64,000 nt of DNA from Octopus bimaculoides (taxonomy: Eukaryota): positions 15,217,667 to 15,281,666 of the forward strand of contig NC_069008.1 in assembly GCF_001194135.2 (NCBI RefSeq). Direction: 5' to 3'. The position numbers were made by a program, and so were the translations under genes. The notes under the pieces were generated by a model. The model did not search any database. It was not told the DNA's origin and saw only the letters and a list, made by a program, of their open reading frames with translations. Shown piece by piece: positions 42,752 through 54,653 of the stretch (its first letter is position 1; every line of letters begins with the position of its first letter).

Positions 42752-44092
42752 CTAATTTGAGGGCTTTTCTCCTGTGTGAATACGTTTGTGAGAAGTTAAG
42801 TTACTAATTACAGAGAATGATTTACCACAGATATCACAATGATGTGGCTTTTCTCCTGAATGAATACGTTTGTGAGAAATTAGGTTATGACTTTGAGAAA
42901 ATGATTTACCACAGATATCACAATGATATGGTTTCTCTCCTGTATGAATATGTTTGTGTTTTGTTAAATTATTACTTTGAGAGAATGATTTACCACAGAT
43001 ATCACAGTGATATGGCTTCTCTCCTGAGTGAATTCGCTTGTGTTTAGTATAGTCACTACTTATGCGGAATGATTTACCACAGATATCACAATGAAATGGC
43101 TTCTCACCAGTATGAATACGTTTGTGTCTATTTAACGCACGGCGTTTGAAGAATGATTTACCACAGATATCACAGAGATATCTCTTTTCCTCTGTGTGAA
43201 TACTTTTGTGTTCAGCTAAGTGACTACTTAAAGAGAACGATTTACCACAGACATCACAGTGAAATGATTTCATTCTTGAATGAATACGTTTGTGTTTAGT
43301 CAAGTTATAACTTTGAGAGAAAGACTTACCACAGATATCACAGTGATATGGCTTCTCTCCTGAATGAATACGTTTGTGCTTAGTTACTTTATAACTTTCA
43401 GAGAATGATTTACCACAAATATCACAGTGATATGGCTTCTCTCCTGAATGAATACGTTTGTGCTTTGTGAAGTCACCACTACCAGAGAATGATTTACCAC
43501 AAATATCACAGTGGTATGGTTTCTCTCCTGAATGAATACGTTTGTGAGTAGTTAAGTGACTATTTGCAGAGAATGATTTACCACAGACATCACAGTGAAA
43601 TGGCTTCACTCCTGTGTGAGTATATTTGTGAGTAGTTAAGTTACTGCTGACAGAGAATGATTTATCACAGATATCACAACGATACGGCTTCTCTCCTGTA
43701 TGAATACGCTTGTGAGAAGTTACATGATAACTTCGAGAGAATGACTTACCACAGATATCACAGTGATATGGCTTCTCACCTGTATGAATACGTTTGTGTG
43801 TTGTTAACACATCATTTTGAGAGAATGATTTACCACATATATCACACTGATATGGCTTCTCCCCCGTATGGATACGTACATGCCTAGTTAATTTAATACT
43901 TCCAGTGAATGATTTACCACAGATATAACAGCAATATGGCTTTTCCCTTGTATGAATACATTTATGAGTATTTAGGTTACCTGCTTGTGAGAATGACTTT
44001 TTACAGGTATCACAGTCATATGACAATTTACTTTTCTCTTTTATCATGCCTTCAGGAAAAACCACATCCTTAAGTTTCTCACTTTCTTCCAT
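42752..44092 (-). CDS. ZNF-9: C2H2 protein, 446 aa, 15 fingers
   Basis: Intact ORF; acceptor TTTTAG at 44439-44438; ends after a frameshifting deletion (TGEKPSN*). Confidence 0.92.
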   Translation of the reverse strand: MEESEKLKDVVFPEGMIKEKSKLSYDCDTCKKSFSQAGNLNTHKCIHTREKPYCCYICGKSFTGSIKLTRHVRIHTGEKPYQCDICGKSFSQNDVLTTHKRIHTGEKPYHCDICGKSFSRSYHVTSHKRIHTGEKPYRCDICDKSFSVSSNLTTHKYTHTGVKPFHCDVCGKSFSANSHLTTHKRIHSGEKPYHCDICGKSFSGSGDFTKHKRIHSGEKPYHCDICGKSFSESYKVTKHKRIHSGEKPYHCDICGKSFSQSYNLTKHKRIHSRMKSFHCDVCGKSFSLSSHLAEHKSIHTEEKRYLCDICGKSFFKRRALNRHKRIHTGEKPFHCDICGKSFRISSDYTKHKRIHSGEKPYHCDICGKSFSQSNNLTKHKHIHTGEKPYHCDICGKSFSQSHNLISHKRIHSGEKPHHCDICGKSFSVISNLTSHKRIHTGEKPSN

Positions 44093-45217
44093 TATTTTTC
44101 TTCTTAAATCACAATGAATATTTTTTTTTTTCTTGCTTCTATTCTTTGAGTTTATTCCTTACAAATACTTCCACTGTTATATTTCTGTCCCGTGTTGCCT
44201 CATATAAATTTATGCAATTTTCGTTAGCACACAAATTCATCTTTTAGCACTCCAGTCAGAAACATATATTAATTTTGGTGATGGTTTCATTTCAGAACAA
44301 AGAGTTCAAAGGAATTCTGCCAAAGATTTATATAAACAGTGTTATATATCTCTTCTGTATAACATTTTTCTTCAGTCTTCAAAAGATGATAGATAAGGAG
44401 CATATATCTCTTGGTATCCCAAATGACATCAGATATTCTAAAATAATAAAAAAAACAACAATGTAAGTTATAGGGGTTACTTAAAAAATTCAACAATGGA
44501 AAACTTACAATGGTTTTACAGATACAAACTGTAGAAGCAAACATTTAAGATTAACAATTGAACTCATTAATTTATTCAAGTTTACAGGGGTGTGTTGAAA
44601 AGTTCCTGGGTTTAAGACAGGCATGTGCCATTAGTAATTACTCAGGGTAGGAAGTTGGTAACCTTTATGTAGTAAAAAATAAGCGAAACAGGTGCGTGAC
44701 TGAGCTGTAAGCAGATTTCTATCTGCCTTTATAGCACATAAAGAAAACGTTGTTTGTAGGAATGTACATGGCATGTGTACTACAGCAGTTCTATGCGTAG
44801 CTTAAATACCAAGATTGAAAAGCAGAGGAAAAATTATGCTTACCTCATCGACAAAAAAATAAAATATTTTGCATTTTAATAATCAGAGTAACCTTCATAA
44901 TTTTATTGAATTAGTTGCATATTTTGCCATAAAAGGAAAATGCTGCTATCGATCTATTTTATTCAAGGTAGGCAATGCCTACCTTGCCTAACTAGATGGC
45001 ACATCCCTGGTGTAAGAGTATCACGAAAGGCCTTTTATTTTTCACCACTACTGTAATTTGTATCACTAAAACGAATGAGAAAAAGCCAAGGTGCGAGAAT
45101 TACCTTTGCCTTCCTCCTCCCCTCAATTTGATTTTTTTTTGTTTTTTGCAAATCTAATTTCCCACATAATCAACAGCATCTGAGACATATAATTAGAAAA
45201 TTTTATTTAAAATTATT

Positions 45218-45787
45218 CGGTACTACTAAAGCAGCGCGGACCCGAACGCGCAGTCGCGCGTCCGCGCTAGCTAGTCTTGAGTGGTCGATCCTAACCCTAA
45301 CCCTGTCCCTATCCCTAACCCGATCTATTTTAAAACGGGGGCCACATTTTTCATTAATGTTTTACGTNNNNNNNNNNTTATCTATTTTGTGTTATAGAAC
45401 AGAAAAATATTTTTGTATTCGAATTTATTTCATGTAAAAAATTGTCTTATTTCGATAATTTCAACCAATCACTGACAAGTATTCAGTTGTTTACATTTAC
45501 TCCTTTGGCTCATTAAGCGATGTAAAGCGTATTTAATCTCCATACCTTCGTTTTATTTGCTTTTTTCATTTTAAATTTGCTTTAACCCTAGGGTTAGGGT
45601 TAATTCTACCAGTGTTCCAAGTTTCAAAGTGTTTCGTTAATGAAAAATGTGGCCCCCGTTTTAAAAAAGATCCCCCTAACCCGCGTGTGCAAATGAATAC
45701 GTGTTTAGGGTTAGGATCGACCACTCACGACTAGCTAGCGCTGACGCGCGACTGCGCGTTCGGGTCCGCGCTGCTTTAGTAGTACCG
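45218..45787. mobile_element. GC-rich hairpin MITE hosting a nested element
   Basis: Arms of about 85 bp (CGGTACTACTAAAGCAGCGCGG...CCTAACCCTAA) with 2 mismatches; AATTATT directly repeated at 45211-45217 and 45788-45794. Confidence 0.85.
45321..45673. mobile_element. GGATC-terminus MITE nested in the hairpin MITE
   Basis: TIR (G)GATCT.TTTTAAAACGGGGGCCACATTTTTCATTAA; 8-bp duplication CCCTAACC at 45313-45320 and 45674-45681. Confidence 0.8.
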
Positions 45788-45861
45788 AATTATTAATTTT
45801 TCAGAAAGTTATGAGGAAACAATTTACTAGTGGTTTGGGAACACATCAGTAATTATATCTA

Positions 45862-45985
45862 CAGGGTGTCCAGAAGGTCTGGGTACGTAGAGTAAATAAA
45901 ATCATAACATAAACAATTAAATATAAGAAATAATTTCTTAAAGTACGTGTTAATCCATATGTACCCAGACTTTGTGGACACGCTG
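45862..45985. mobile_element. 124-bp Tc1/mariner-type MITE with TA duplication
   Basis: TA|CAGGGTGTCCAGAAGGTCTGGGTAC ... GTACCCAGACTTTGTGGACACGCTG|TA. Confidence 0.75.
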
Positions 45986-46339
45986 TAGACACAAACATTC
46001 GATAAATTATAATGAAGTATTGCTTTCTGAATGTATTTCACAATATTTCTCAAATTAAAACAGACAACAAACGCGGCAACGATGGAAAGTGTAGAAGGTA
46101 GTTTCCATATTTAGAAACAGCCAAATTCCGCACAAATCAAGGATAAGATAGAAGAAAGACGTCAAAACCGAACGTCTACGGAATGAATCAATGTTTAATA
46201 CTTACGAAAATGTTTCATAAAGGATAGTGTTGTTATATATGAGTGTATCTGGTAGTCGAAAAATTCATTATAAATATTAGCAGTTGATGGACAATACTTC
46301 ACGCAAAGGACATAAACTATTCCGCAATGAAGGTCCAAG

Positions 46340-46437
46340 CGGAAGTACGTGTGGTGCGCATGCGTATTTTTTCATTTTTTTTCAGCACTTGTCTCTCGTT
46401 GATCTCTTCTATAACCTCTCTGGCAATTTTTGAGGGG

Positions 46438-46488
<51 letters not shown>

Positions 46489-46491
46489 CAC

Positions 46492-46523
<32 letters not shown>

Positions 46524-47223
46524 GTGTGTGTATGCTAGTATTTATATTTGACTGCATTGACCATCCTATCGGATGTTATAGTTCACTCACCATGCCCCTC
46601 CATTTCTCTCTTGACAGTGCCATTCTTTGCCAATTTGGCCCAAATATTTTACCTAAATCGTGATGTCTGCATTTAATCATTCTGCGAAAGTTATGGCTTA
46701 ACTGGACATGTTTGTATGCCTATGAGAACGTAACTATATAAATGTAACAATTCATAATAGACACTAAAACATTCGCCTAAATTCGGGTTAGTTTTGAAGG
46801 TTTTTAACCACAGCAACAATTAATCCACTCATTGTGGTTCTGTTCTTTTAGGGTCATGTTTAAATCTGGTTGACTTTCTTGACGCCAACCTCTTTACTTG
46901 CCTCAAACAGCATTCAGAAATATGTATAACTGTCAAAATTCCTTCTCGTAAAAGGAAATGACAAAAAAATTGTAGTAAAGCTGCTTGGTAATAATGGCAG
47001 ACGTGGCTAGCAAATCATCATATGACCTGTTTGACAGCATTTTTATTGTTCTCTTCGGTTTTTCTGAATTCAGTGTGCACATTACGTCGTGAGCAATTTC
47101 TTTTATAACAACTATACCAGAAACTGAGTTCGTGAGAAGCGTGTTCCGATAGTTGTGAGACAAGAGTTGTCTGCCTTAAATATTTAAGAGAAAACAAACG
47201 CATGCGCATTGGACGTACTTCCT
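46340..47223. promoter_or_regulatory. Bidirectional promoter region of ZNF-9 (-) and ZNF-10 (+)
   Basis: CGGAAGT-acgtgtggt-GCGCATGCG at 46340-46364; inverted AGGAAGT-acgtccaat-GCGCATGCG at 47199-47223; donors at 46205-46200 and 47358-47363; (TA)n/(CA)n tract at 46438-46520. Confidence 0.72.
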
Positions 47224-47974
47224 ACTGATATCCGGTTAAATGTCCAGTGAATGAATTTCTTTTAATCAGCTGATTATAATACGAACCTACAACGCATTTT
47301 TCAACTGCCAGACACACACATATATAATAACAACACTAGCCTTTGTGAAACATTTCTGTAAGTGATAAGCAATGAAAGTATTCATTGCTTTTAATTCTGT
47401 AGACGTTCGCTCTTTGGCGCGACGATTCTTTGTGTCTTTTCTATTTTATGAATGAGAGATGTCCTTGATTTGTGCAGGATTTGGCTGCTATTTCTAACTA
47501 TGAAAGAGAGATGTCTATGATTTGTGCGAGATTTGGCTGCCATTTCTAGCTGTGGACGTCTACACTCTCCGTCGTTACCACTTCAGATTGCTGTGTGTTT
47601 TAGTTTAAGAAATATTCTGAAATGTTCAGAAACCGATACATTTTTTTATTTTTTTATATAATTTATGGAATCTTTGTTTCTTTGTATAACTACCGATTTG
47701 TGCCCATTCCATTAGCAGTTTGTTTCCTCATAACTTTCTCCAAAATGGATAATTTTAAATAAAAATTACTGAAAGTACGTTTCAGATGATGTAGATGAGG
47801 ATTTTGTAGGAATTTTTGGTGAAAAAAAAACAAGGTACGATTGAATGGTGATTATGGATAATTTATACACGTCGACTTCTTCGTACTTGTGGATTTAAAA
47901 TTATGATGAAAAATAAGGCGGAGTGTCGCATCCACATCTAAATTGGATATTATCCATGTTGAGGGGAATTTTTT

Positions 47975-48141
47975 GGCACTACTTAAATACAGAGGTCCCG
48001 ATTCAGCATGTAACGTTATGAAAGGGAAGGTTAGGGTTACGATGTCGTTGCACGTCCACACAGCTTACATTTAAAATGTTTTGTACGTAACACCTGTATT
48101 TAAGTAGTTCTGTTAAGGGACCTCTGTATTTAAGTAGTATC
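47975..48141. mobile_element. Small MITE in ZNF-10 intron 1
   Basis: Perfect 22-bp inverted repeat ACTACTTAAATACAGAGGTCCC at 47978-47999 and 48117-48138; flanks AATTTTTT / GATTTTTT. Confidence 0.7.
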
Positions 48142-48942
48142 GATTTTTTTTTTCAAATTATCTTCACCACGCATTTGAAAATGATGTGGGTGGCGAAGCC
48201 TTTTATAAAAAGTTAAGAAAATCTGATTTCTACCCGCTTTTACGACACCGAACACTATTACAATTTTTGAGTAACATGTAACCGTCGTAAGAGGATGAAA
48301 GTAAATGGATATTGCAGTACACTTGGCCATTTTTATGAGGAATGGGCCACAAGTACTTTTCACCACCAGAGAGATGAGTCTTAACGCTTCTGCTGCAGAG
48401 TGCAGGTTTTCTTGAGTACAACGAGGTGCCAGGCATCTCAGTCTTTGTCATATCACCTGGAAAGTTCAGCATCCTGAGTTTGCTCTTCAGCACTTCATAC
48501 CCTGTCTTCCAGGATGTCCCACTTCCACATGTTCCATCTACTTTTTAGAGATTAGCACTTCTTTATGTAGCTGTGAGACATACAGCTCAGTTGTTAGGGT
48601 ATATCTTTAATTCTACAGATTATCTCAATAGAAACGAATCTGTATGTTTTAAGTAGCCTCCACATCTTACACTGTTGTTTTTCTATAATTTCAGAACATC
48701 AGATGACACTGACATAACAGAAGAAACCTCCTCAATATCTACCATGTTTTAAGGAATAAAAGAAAATATTATATGAAACAGATGTATAACATTGTTTCTA
48801 CAAATCTGGTAGAATTCCTGTGAAACGTTTGCTAGACAAAAGTAGCAATGGACAGAAATGCAGCAGTAGAAGTATTTGTGAGTAATAAAGTATAAAAACA
48901 AAAGCAAGAAGAATATATCAACTGTGATTTGAGAGGAAAATA

Positions 48943-50442
48943 ATGGAAAAGAGTGAGAAGATTATAGAATTGATTTCCCCTGAACACATGATAAAACAGA
49001 GGAGATCATATGACTGTGATATCTGTACAAAGTCCTTCTCTCAAAAAAGTGACCTAATTATACACAAACGTAGTCATACTGGAGAGAAACCATATCATTG
49101 TGATGTCTGTGGTAAATCATTCTCTGACAGTAGTAATTTAACTGCACACAAACGCACCCATACAGAAAAGAAACTACATCATTGTGATATTTGTGGTAAA
49201 TCATTCTCTAACATTAGTCACTTAACTGCACATAAGCGTATTCATACAGGAGAGAAGCCATATCATTGTAATATTTGTGGTAAATCATTTTCTATAAGTA
49301 GTCATGTTACTGCACACAAACGTACTCATACAGGAGAGAAACCCTATCATTGTGATATTTGTGGTAAATCATTCTCTGGAAACACTGCCTTAACAAAACA
49401 CAATCGTATTCATACAGGAGAGAGACCATATCATTGTGATATCTGTGATAAATCATTCTCTCAAAGTATTCATTTAACTACACATAAACGTATTCATACA
49501 GGAGAGAAACCATATCATTGTGATATCTGTGGTAAATCATTCATTGCAAATAATTACTTAACTAGGCACCAACGTATTCATACAGGAGAGAAACCATATG
49601 ACTGTGATGTCTGTGGTAAATCATTCTCTTATAGTTCTGGCTTAACTAAACACAAAAGTATTCATACAGGAGAGAAGCTATATCACTGTGATGTCTGTGG
49701 TAAATCATTCTCTCAAAGATCTCACTTAACTAGACACAAACATATTCATACAGGAGAGAAACCATATCATTGTGATATTTGTGGTAAATCATTCACTGAA
49801 AATAGTTACTTAGTTATACACAAACGTATTCATACAGGGGAGAGGCCATACCACTGTGATATCTGTGGTAAATCTTTCTCTGAAAATTCTGCCTTAACTA
49901 ATCACAAACGTATTCATACGGGAGAAGAACCTTATCATTGTGATATCTGTGGTAAATCATTCTCTCGAAGCAGTAATATAGCTAGACACAAACGTATTCA
50001 TACAGGAGAGAGGCCATACGAATGTGATATCTGTGGTAGATCATTCAATGAAAATCGTGATTTAACTAGGCACAAACATATTCATTCAAGAGAGAAATCA
50101 TATAACTGTGATGTCTGTGGTAAATCATTCTCTAACCGTAATGCCTTGACTTCACACAAGCGTATTCATGCAAAGGAAATGCCATATCCCTGTGATATCT
50201 GTAGTAAATCATTTTTTGAAAGGGGTCACTTAATTGCACACAAGCGTGTTCATACAGGAGAGAAACCATATTGTGATATTTGTGGTAAAGCATTGACTCA
50301 TAATTATCAGTTGAGTAGGCATAAACGTATTCATACAGGAGAGAAACCATATCACTGTGATGTCTGTGGTAAATCATTCTCTCAAAATAGTGACTTAATG
50401 AAACACAAATATATTCATACAGAAGAGAAAGGAAAAGGATAG
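48943..50442 (+). CDS. ZNF-10: C2H2 protein, 499 aa, 17 fingers
   Basis: Intact ORF; acceptor at 48693-48694; one linker is one residue short before finger 16. Confidence 0.92.
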   Translation: MEKSEKIIELISPEHMIKQRRSYDCDICTKSFSQKSDLIIHKRSHTGEKPYHCDVCGKSFSDSSNLTAHKRTHTEKKLHHCDICGKSFSNISHLTAHKRIHTGEKPYHCNICGKSFSISSHVTAHKRTHTGEKPYHCDICGKSFSGNTALTKHNRIHTGERPYHCDICDKSFSQSIHLTTHKRIHTGEKPYHCDICGKSFIANNYLTRHQRIHTGEKPYDCDVCGKSFSYSSGLTKHKSIHTGEKLYHCDVCGKSFSQRSHLTRHKHIHTGEKPYHCDICGKSFTENSYLVIHKRIHTGERPYHCDICGKSFSENSALTNHKRIHTGEEPYHCDICGKSFSRSSNIARHKRIHTGERPYECDICGRSFNENRDLTRHKHIHSREKSYNCDVCGKSFSNRNALTSHKRIHAKEMPYPCDICSKSFFERGHLIAHKRVHTGEKPYCDICGKALTHNYQLSRHKRIHTGEKPYHCDVCGKSFSQNSDLMKHKYIHTEEKGKG

Positions 50443-50467
50443 TTTCTGTAGTTTGTTGTTTGCTATA

Positions 50468-50951
50468 CAAAGAGGTATCGAAAAGTACCCAGACACATTC
50501 TGTGGGACAAACTCATTCGGCTACTAGAAGCCACTTTGTATGACCCTCGGGCATCAGTCTACCGACTGGCATCTTCTGGTCATGTCATATTGCCGCATGC
50601 TGCGTCCTTTGCATTGAATTTTGCAATGGCTGAAATGAAGGAACAGCATGCTTCCATGAAATTCTGTTTTCTGCTGGAGAAAACGGTGGCCAAAACAGAT
50701 GTCATGCTGCAAACAGTTTACAAGGAAGCTGCTATGAGCAAAACACAAGTTTACAAGTGGTTTTCACACTTTAGGAATGGCCACTTGTCGCTTGAAGACC
50801 AGCCTCGTTCAGTGTGACTGTCAACCTCCTGAACAAATGAAAATTCAGGAACTGGACTTGGAGGACCGTCACTGAACAATTGAAGAACTTGTTGATATGA
50901 CTGGTGTGTCCTAGCACTCCTGCCAATGAATTTTGAGCAAGGGATTGCAAA
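50468..50951 (+). mobile_element. Mariner 5' end in the ZNF-10 3' UTR
   Basis: Starts after TA (50466-50467). EQHASMKFCFLLEKTVAKTDVMLQTVYKEAAMSKTQVYKWFSHFRNGHLSLEDQPRS is a mariner HTH. Runs into a gap. Confidence 0.8.
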
Positions 50952-51803
50952 NNNNNNNNNNNNNNNNNNNNNNNNNNNNNNNNNNNNNNNNNNNNNNNNN
51001 NNNNNNNNNNNNNNNNNNNNNNNNNNNNNNNNNNNNNNNNNNNNNNNNNNNNNNNNNNNNNNNNNNNNNNNNNNNNNNNNNNNNNNNNNNNNNNNNNNNN
51101 NNNNNNNNNNNNNNNNNNNNNNNNNNNNNNNNNNNNNNNNNNNNNNNNNNNNNNNNNNNNNNNNNNNNNNNNNNNNNNNNNNNNNNNNNNNNNNNNNNNN
51201 NNNNNNNNNNNNNNNNNNNNNNNNNNNNNNNNNNNNNNNNNNNNNNNNNNNNNNNNNNNNNNNNNNNNNNNNNNNNNNNNNNNNNNNNNNNNNNNNNNNN
51301 NNNNNNNNNNNNNNNNNNNNNNNNNNNNNNNNNNNNNNNNNNNNNNNNNNNNNNNNNNNNNNNNNNNNNNNNNNNNNNNNNNNNNNNNNNNNNNNNNNNN
51401 NNNNNNNNNNNNNNNNNNNNNNNNNNNNNNNNNNNNNNNNNNNNNNNNNNNNNNNNNNNNNNNNNNNNNNNNNNNNNNNNNNNNNNNNNNNNNNNNNNNN
51501 NNNNNNNNNNNNNNNNNNNNNNNNNNNNNNNNNNNNNNNNNNNNNNNNNNNNNNNNNNNNNNNNNNNNNNNNNNNNNNNNNNNNNNNNNNNNNNNNNNNN
51601 NNNNNNNNNNNNNNNNNNNNNNNNNNNNNNNNNNNNNNNNNNNNNNNNNNNNNNNNNNNNNNNNNNNNNNNNNNNNNNNNNNNNNNNNNNNNNNNNNNNN
51701 NNNNNNNNNNNNNNNNNNNNNNNNNNNNNNNNNNNNNNNNNNNNNNNNNNNNNNNNNNNNNNNNNNNNNNNNNNNNNNNNNNNNNNNNNNNNNNNNNNNN
51801 NNN

Positions 51804-52115
51804 AATGGTGCATCTCATGTGCCACCCGCACAAGAACCAGTCCAGGGGCACTGGCAACGATCTTACTTGGCTTGCCGGGTCTTCTCACGCACAGCACATT
51901 TCCAAAGGTCTCGGTCAGTAGTCATCGCCTCGGTGAGGCCCAATGTACGAAGGTCTTACCTCACCACCTCAGCCCAGGTCTTCCTGGGCCTACCTCTTCC
52001 ACGGGTTCCCTCAACTGTTAGGGTGTGGCACTTTTTCACGCAGCTATCCTCATCCATTCTCACCACATGTCCATACCAGCGCAATCGTCTCTCTTGCACG
52101 CCACAACTGATGCTT
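51804..52115 (-). mobile_element. RTE LINE C-terminal fragment
   Basis: Reverse complement of the RT C-terminal segment at 40900-41170. Confidence 0.7.
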
Positions 52116-52920
52116 CTAATATATATATATATGGATAATCAAGCTGTTTGCAAGGAATGACCAAGAACTAAATGTCCAATAACTCAAATGATAGGTATTT
52201 TAACTAATCACAACGGATTAGAGTGGTAAGAATATAATAAACCAACTTAATATTTTCAAATAAGCAATAATAAAAATTGGTCTCGCTACAGCATCAAAAA
52301 GTGTCAACCACCCCTAGATAATTGCCTAAGAAAAAAATAAGGGAGTCACAATGAGTAGATTAGTTGCCGTGGCTAAAACCTACAAAACTAGCCCCAATTT
52401 AGGCTGAGGTTTAAATGCTTATCATTGCTACCAAATATCACATTTATACACTTACGTTCTCATGTGAATACAAACATGTGAGATGTCTACAATTTGTTCG
52501 AGACTTAGCTGCTATTTCTAGCTATGAATGAGAGATGTCTGAATTGTGTGGGATTTGGCTGCTATTTCTAGCTATACATTGTCGCCATGTTAATTTGTTG
52601 TGTGTATCTTATTTTGAGAATTCTTCTCGGAACGCTTTTTTGGAAACGCATCTCTCTAATTAAATGAAATGCAAAGAAAAAAGTTTTGAAAAGGGAAAGG
52701 CACTCATGGAATCTAAACAAACCTGTCGGACGATACAATTTATTTTTAGCAATCAGGTATTATTAATGATACGAGGGGCCTGACAATATCGTTTGCAAAT
52801 TCTTGATTGTTTTTAATCAGATTTTTTTTTTACTGTGCACAGTGCACATGGTGGTGCACGGGCTTTACCTTCGCCCATTTTTTGATATTGTGATATACGA
52901 TAGAAATAATTATAAAAAGG

Positions 52921-53139
52921 CGGCGGCGAGCTGGCAGAAACGTTAGCAACCCAGGCGAAATGCTTAGCGTTACGGTCTGAGTTCAAATTCCGCCGAGGTT
53001 GACTTTGCCTTTCATCCTTTCGGTGGCGATTAAATAAGTACCAGTTACGCACTGGGGTCGATGTAATCGACTTAATCCGTTTGTCTGTCCTTGTTTGTCC
53101 CCTCTATGTGTAGCCCCTTGTGGGCAATAAAGAAATAAT
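52921..53139 (+). mobile_element. tRNA-derived SINE, second family
   Basis: GAGCTGGCAGAAACGTTAGC head, B-box GAGTTCAAATTCC, core GCCTTTCATCCTTTCGG...TAAGTACCAG. Reversed relics at about 55370-55510 and 56370-56530. Confidence 0.75.
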
Positions 53140-53199
53140 TCTAAAACAATAGAGTAAATATGTTCAAGATGTACACAAGTTTCGTACATTTATTTTTGT

Positions 53200-53818
53200 G
53201 GATCTTTTTTAAAACGGGGGCCACATTTTTCATTAATGTTTTACGTAGTGTTTTTGGTACCGAAAGACTTTCAAACTTCGTATACTTATCTATTTTTGTA
53301 TTCGAATTTATTTCATGTAAAAAATTGTCTTANNNNNNNNNNNNNNNNNNNNNNNNNNNNNNNNNNNNNNNNNNNNNNNNNNNNNNNNNNNNNNNNNNNN
53401 NNNNNNNNNNNNNNNNNCGATAATTTCAACCAATCACTGACAAGTATTCAGTTGTTTAAATTTACTCCTTTGGCTGATTAAGCGATGTAAAGCGTATTTA
53501 ATCTCCATACCTTCGTTTTATTTGCTTTTTTCATTTTAAATTTGTTTTAACCCTAACCCTAACCCTACGGTTAGGGTTAATTGTTTCAGAATCGTTTGTT
53601 TATGTAGTCGGCACTTAATGTATATCGGCTGAATGGACGTCAGTGATTGGTTGAAATTACAGAAATACGACAACTTTAACATGGAATAATTTATGGATTT
53701 CTTTTTTTTTTAAGAAGACTAAGAGAAAAAGATGTTTTATATGACACATTCTACCAGTGTTTCAAGTTTCAAAGTGTTTCGTTAATGAAAAATGTGGCCC
53801 TCGTTTTAAAAAAGATCC
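53200..53818. mobile_element. Second GGATC-terminus MITE, contains a gap
   Basis: Same TIR and internal sequence as 45321-45673; flanks ATTTTTGT / ATTTTGTT; internal (TAACCC)n. Confidence 0.75.
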
Positions 53819-54113
53819 ATTTTTGTTTTGAGTTTATAGAGAAAATAAATTATAAAAATGAAAAATATATATAAACATATATATAAAGGGGCAAATTCTT
53901 TTCACTTTAATGTTTTTGTTTGTATTAAATTTCGATTTGCACATGTCCGTCAATTCGCTACGATCTCTTTTAAGTTAATAAAATCAAAAATTCAAATTTT
54001 TTTTTCCATATTCATAATCCCCGACATCTAAAAACATAGGAATCCGAAAAAAAATTATTCAAAAAACTGCATTTTTCAAGGAGAGGTGCGAAATTTCATT
54101 AGCCCCAAAATAA

Positions 54114-54653
54114 TCATACAACATATAATTCAGTAGCTATTTGATTCCAAAAATTGAAGAATGCTTCATTTCCAAATCTCTGACTCCACATTAATTCTGC
54201 ATGTGCACCATCCATTTCTGTTGGATGTTTTAAAAAGTGGCTTTCACAAACATCACGACAAAACTGATTCCAATCTGCATATGTTGCACATATGGTTATC
54301 TCACATTGCACCATTACTACTTCTCTATCAAGACCTTTGCCTTTTCCAGCACCGATGCACCATAAATATGTAAATGCTATTATTTGCCAAATTTCCAATT
54401 TACTTCTTTCAAAAAATGAACCCTTTCTTATGTTTATAGTTTTCCGACAAACACTACATCTCCAAATTACTTTATCAATTGAGCGAGAATAATTTCCTTT
54501 AACACATGGCCATCCACAACAAATTTCTTGTCTTGATAATAAACCATATCTTCTACACCAGATAATGGCCTTTTCTGTTGTTCCCAAATCTCTTCCGAGG
54601 CGGAATAAGGTCATGGAATTAAAAGCTTCATGCTCAGGCACAAAATTTGCCAT
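54114..54653 (-). CDS. Merlin/ISXO2-like transposase ORF, 179 aa, catalytic core missing
   Basis: WRCSVCRKTINIRKGSFFERSKL, DWNQFCRDVC and ELMWSQRFG motifs. The expected xEIDE...DDE core is absent between HPTEMDG and AHAELMW. Confidence 0.65.
   Translation of the reverse strand: MANFVPEHEAFNSMTLFRLGRDLGTTEKAIIWCRRYGLLSRQEICCGWPCVKGNYSRSIDKVIWRCSVCRKTINIRKGSFFERSKLEIWQIIAFTYLWCIGAGKGKGLDREVVMVQCEITICATYADWNQFCRDVCESHFLKHPTEMDGAHAELMWSQRFGNEAFFNFWNQIATELYVV

Noticed and set aside
46317-46663. YIYI/CVCV-rich ORFs here and at about 56730 and 62030
   Set aside because: Translations of (TA)n/(CA)n microsatellites.
24008-50442. Assigning KRAB-ZNF or specific ZNF gene symbols
   Set aside because: No KRAB/SCAN/BTB/ZAD sequence in the coding exon, and lineage-specific paralogs have no one-to-one named ortholog.
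45285-53580. TAACCC/TTAGGG runs as an interstitial telomere or fusion scar
   Set aside because: Only 2-4 units, always inside MITE arms or bodies.
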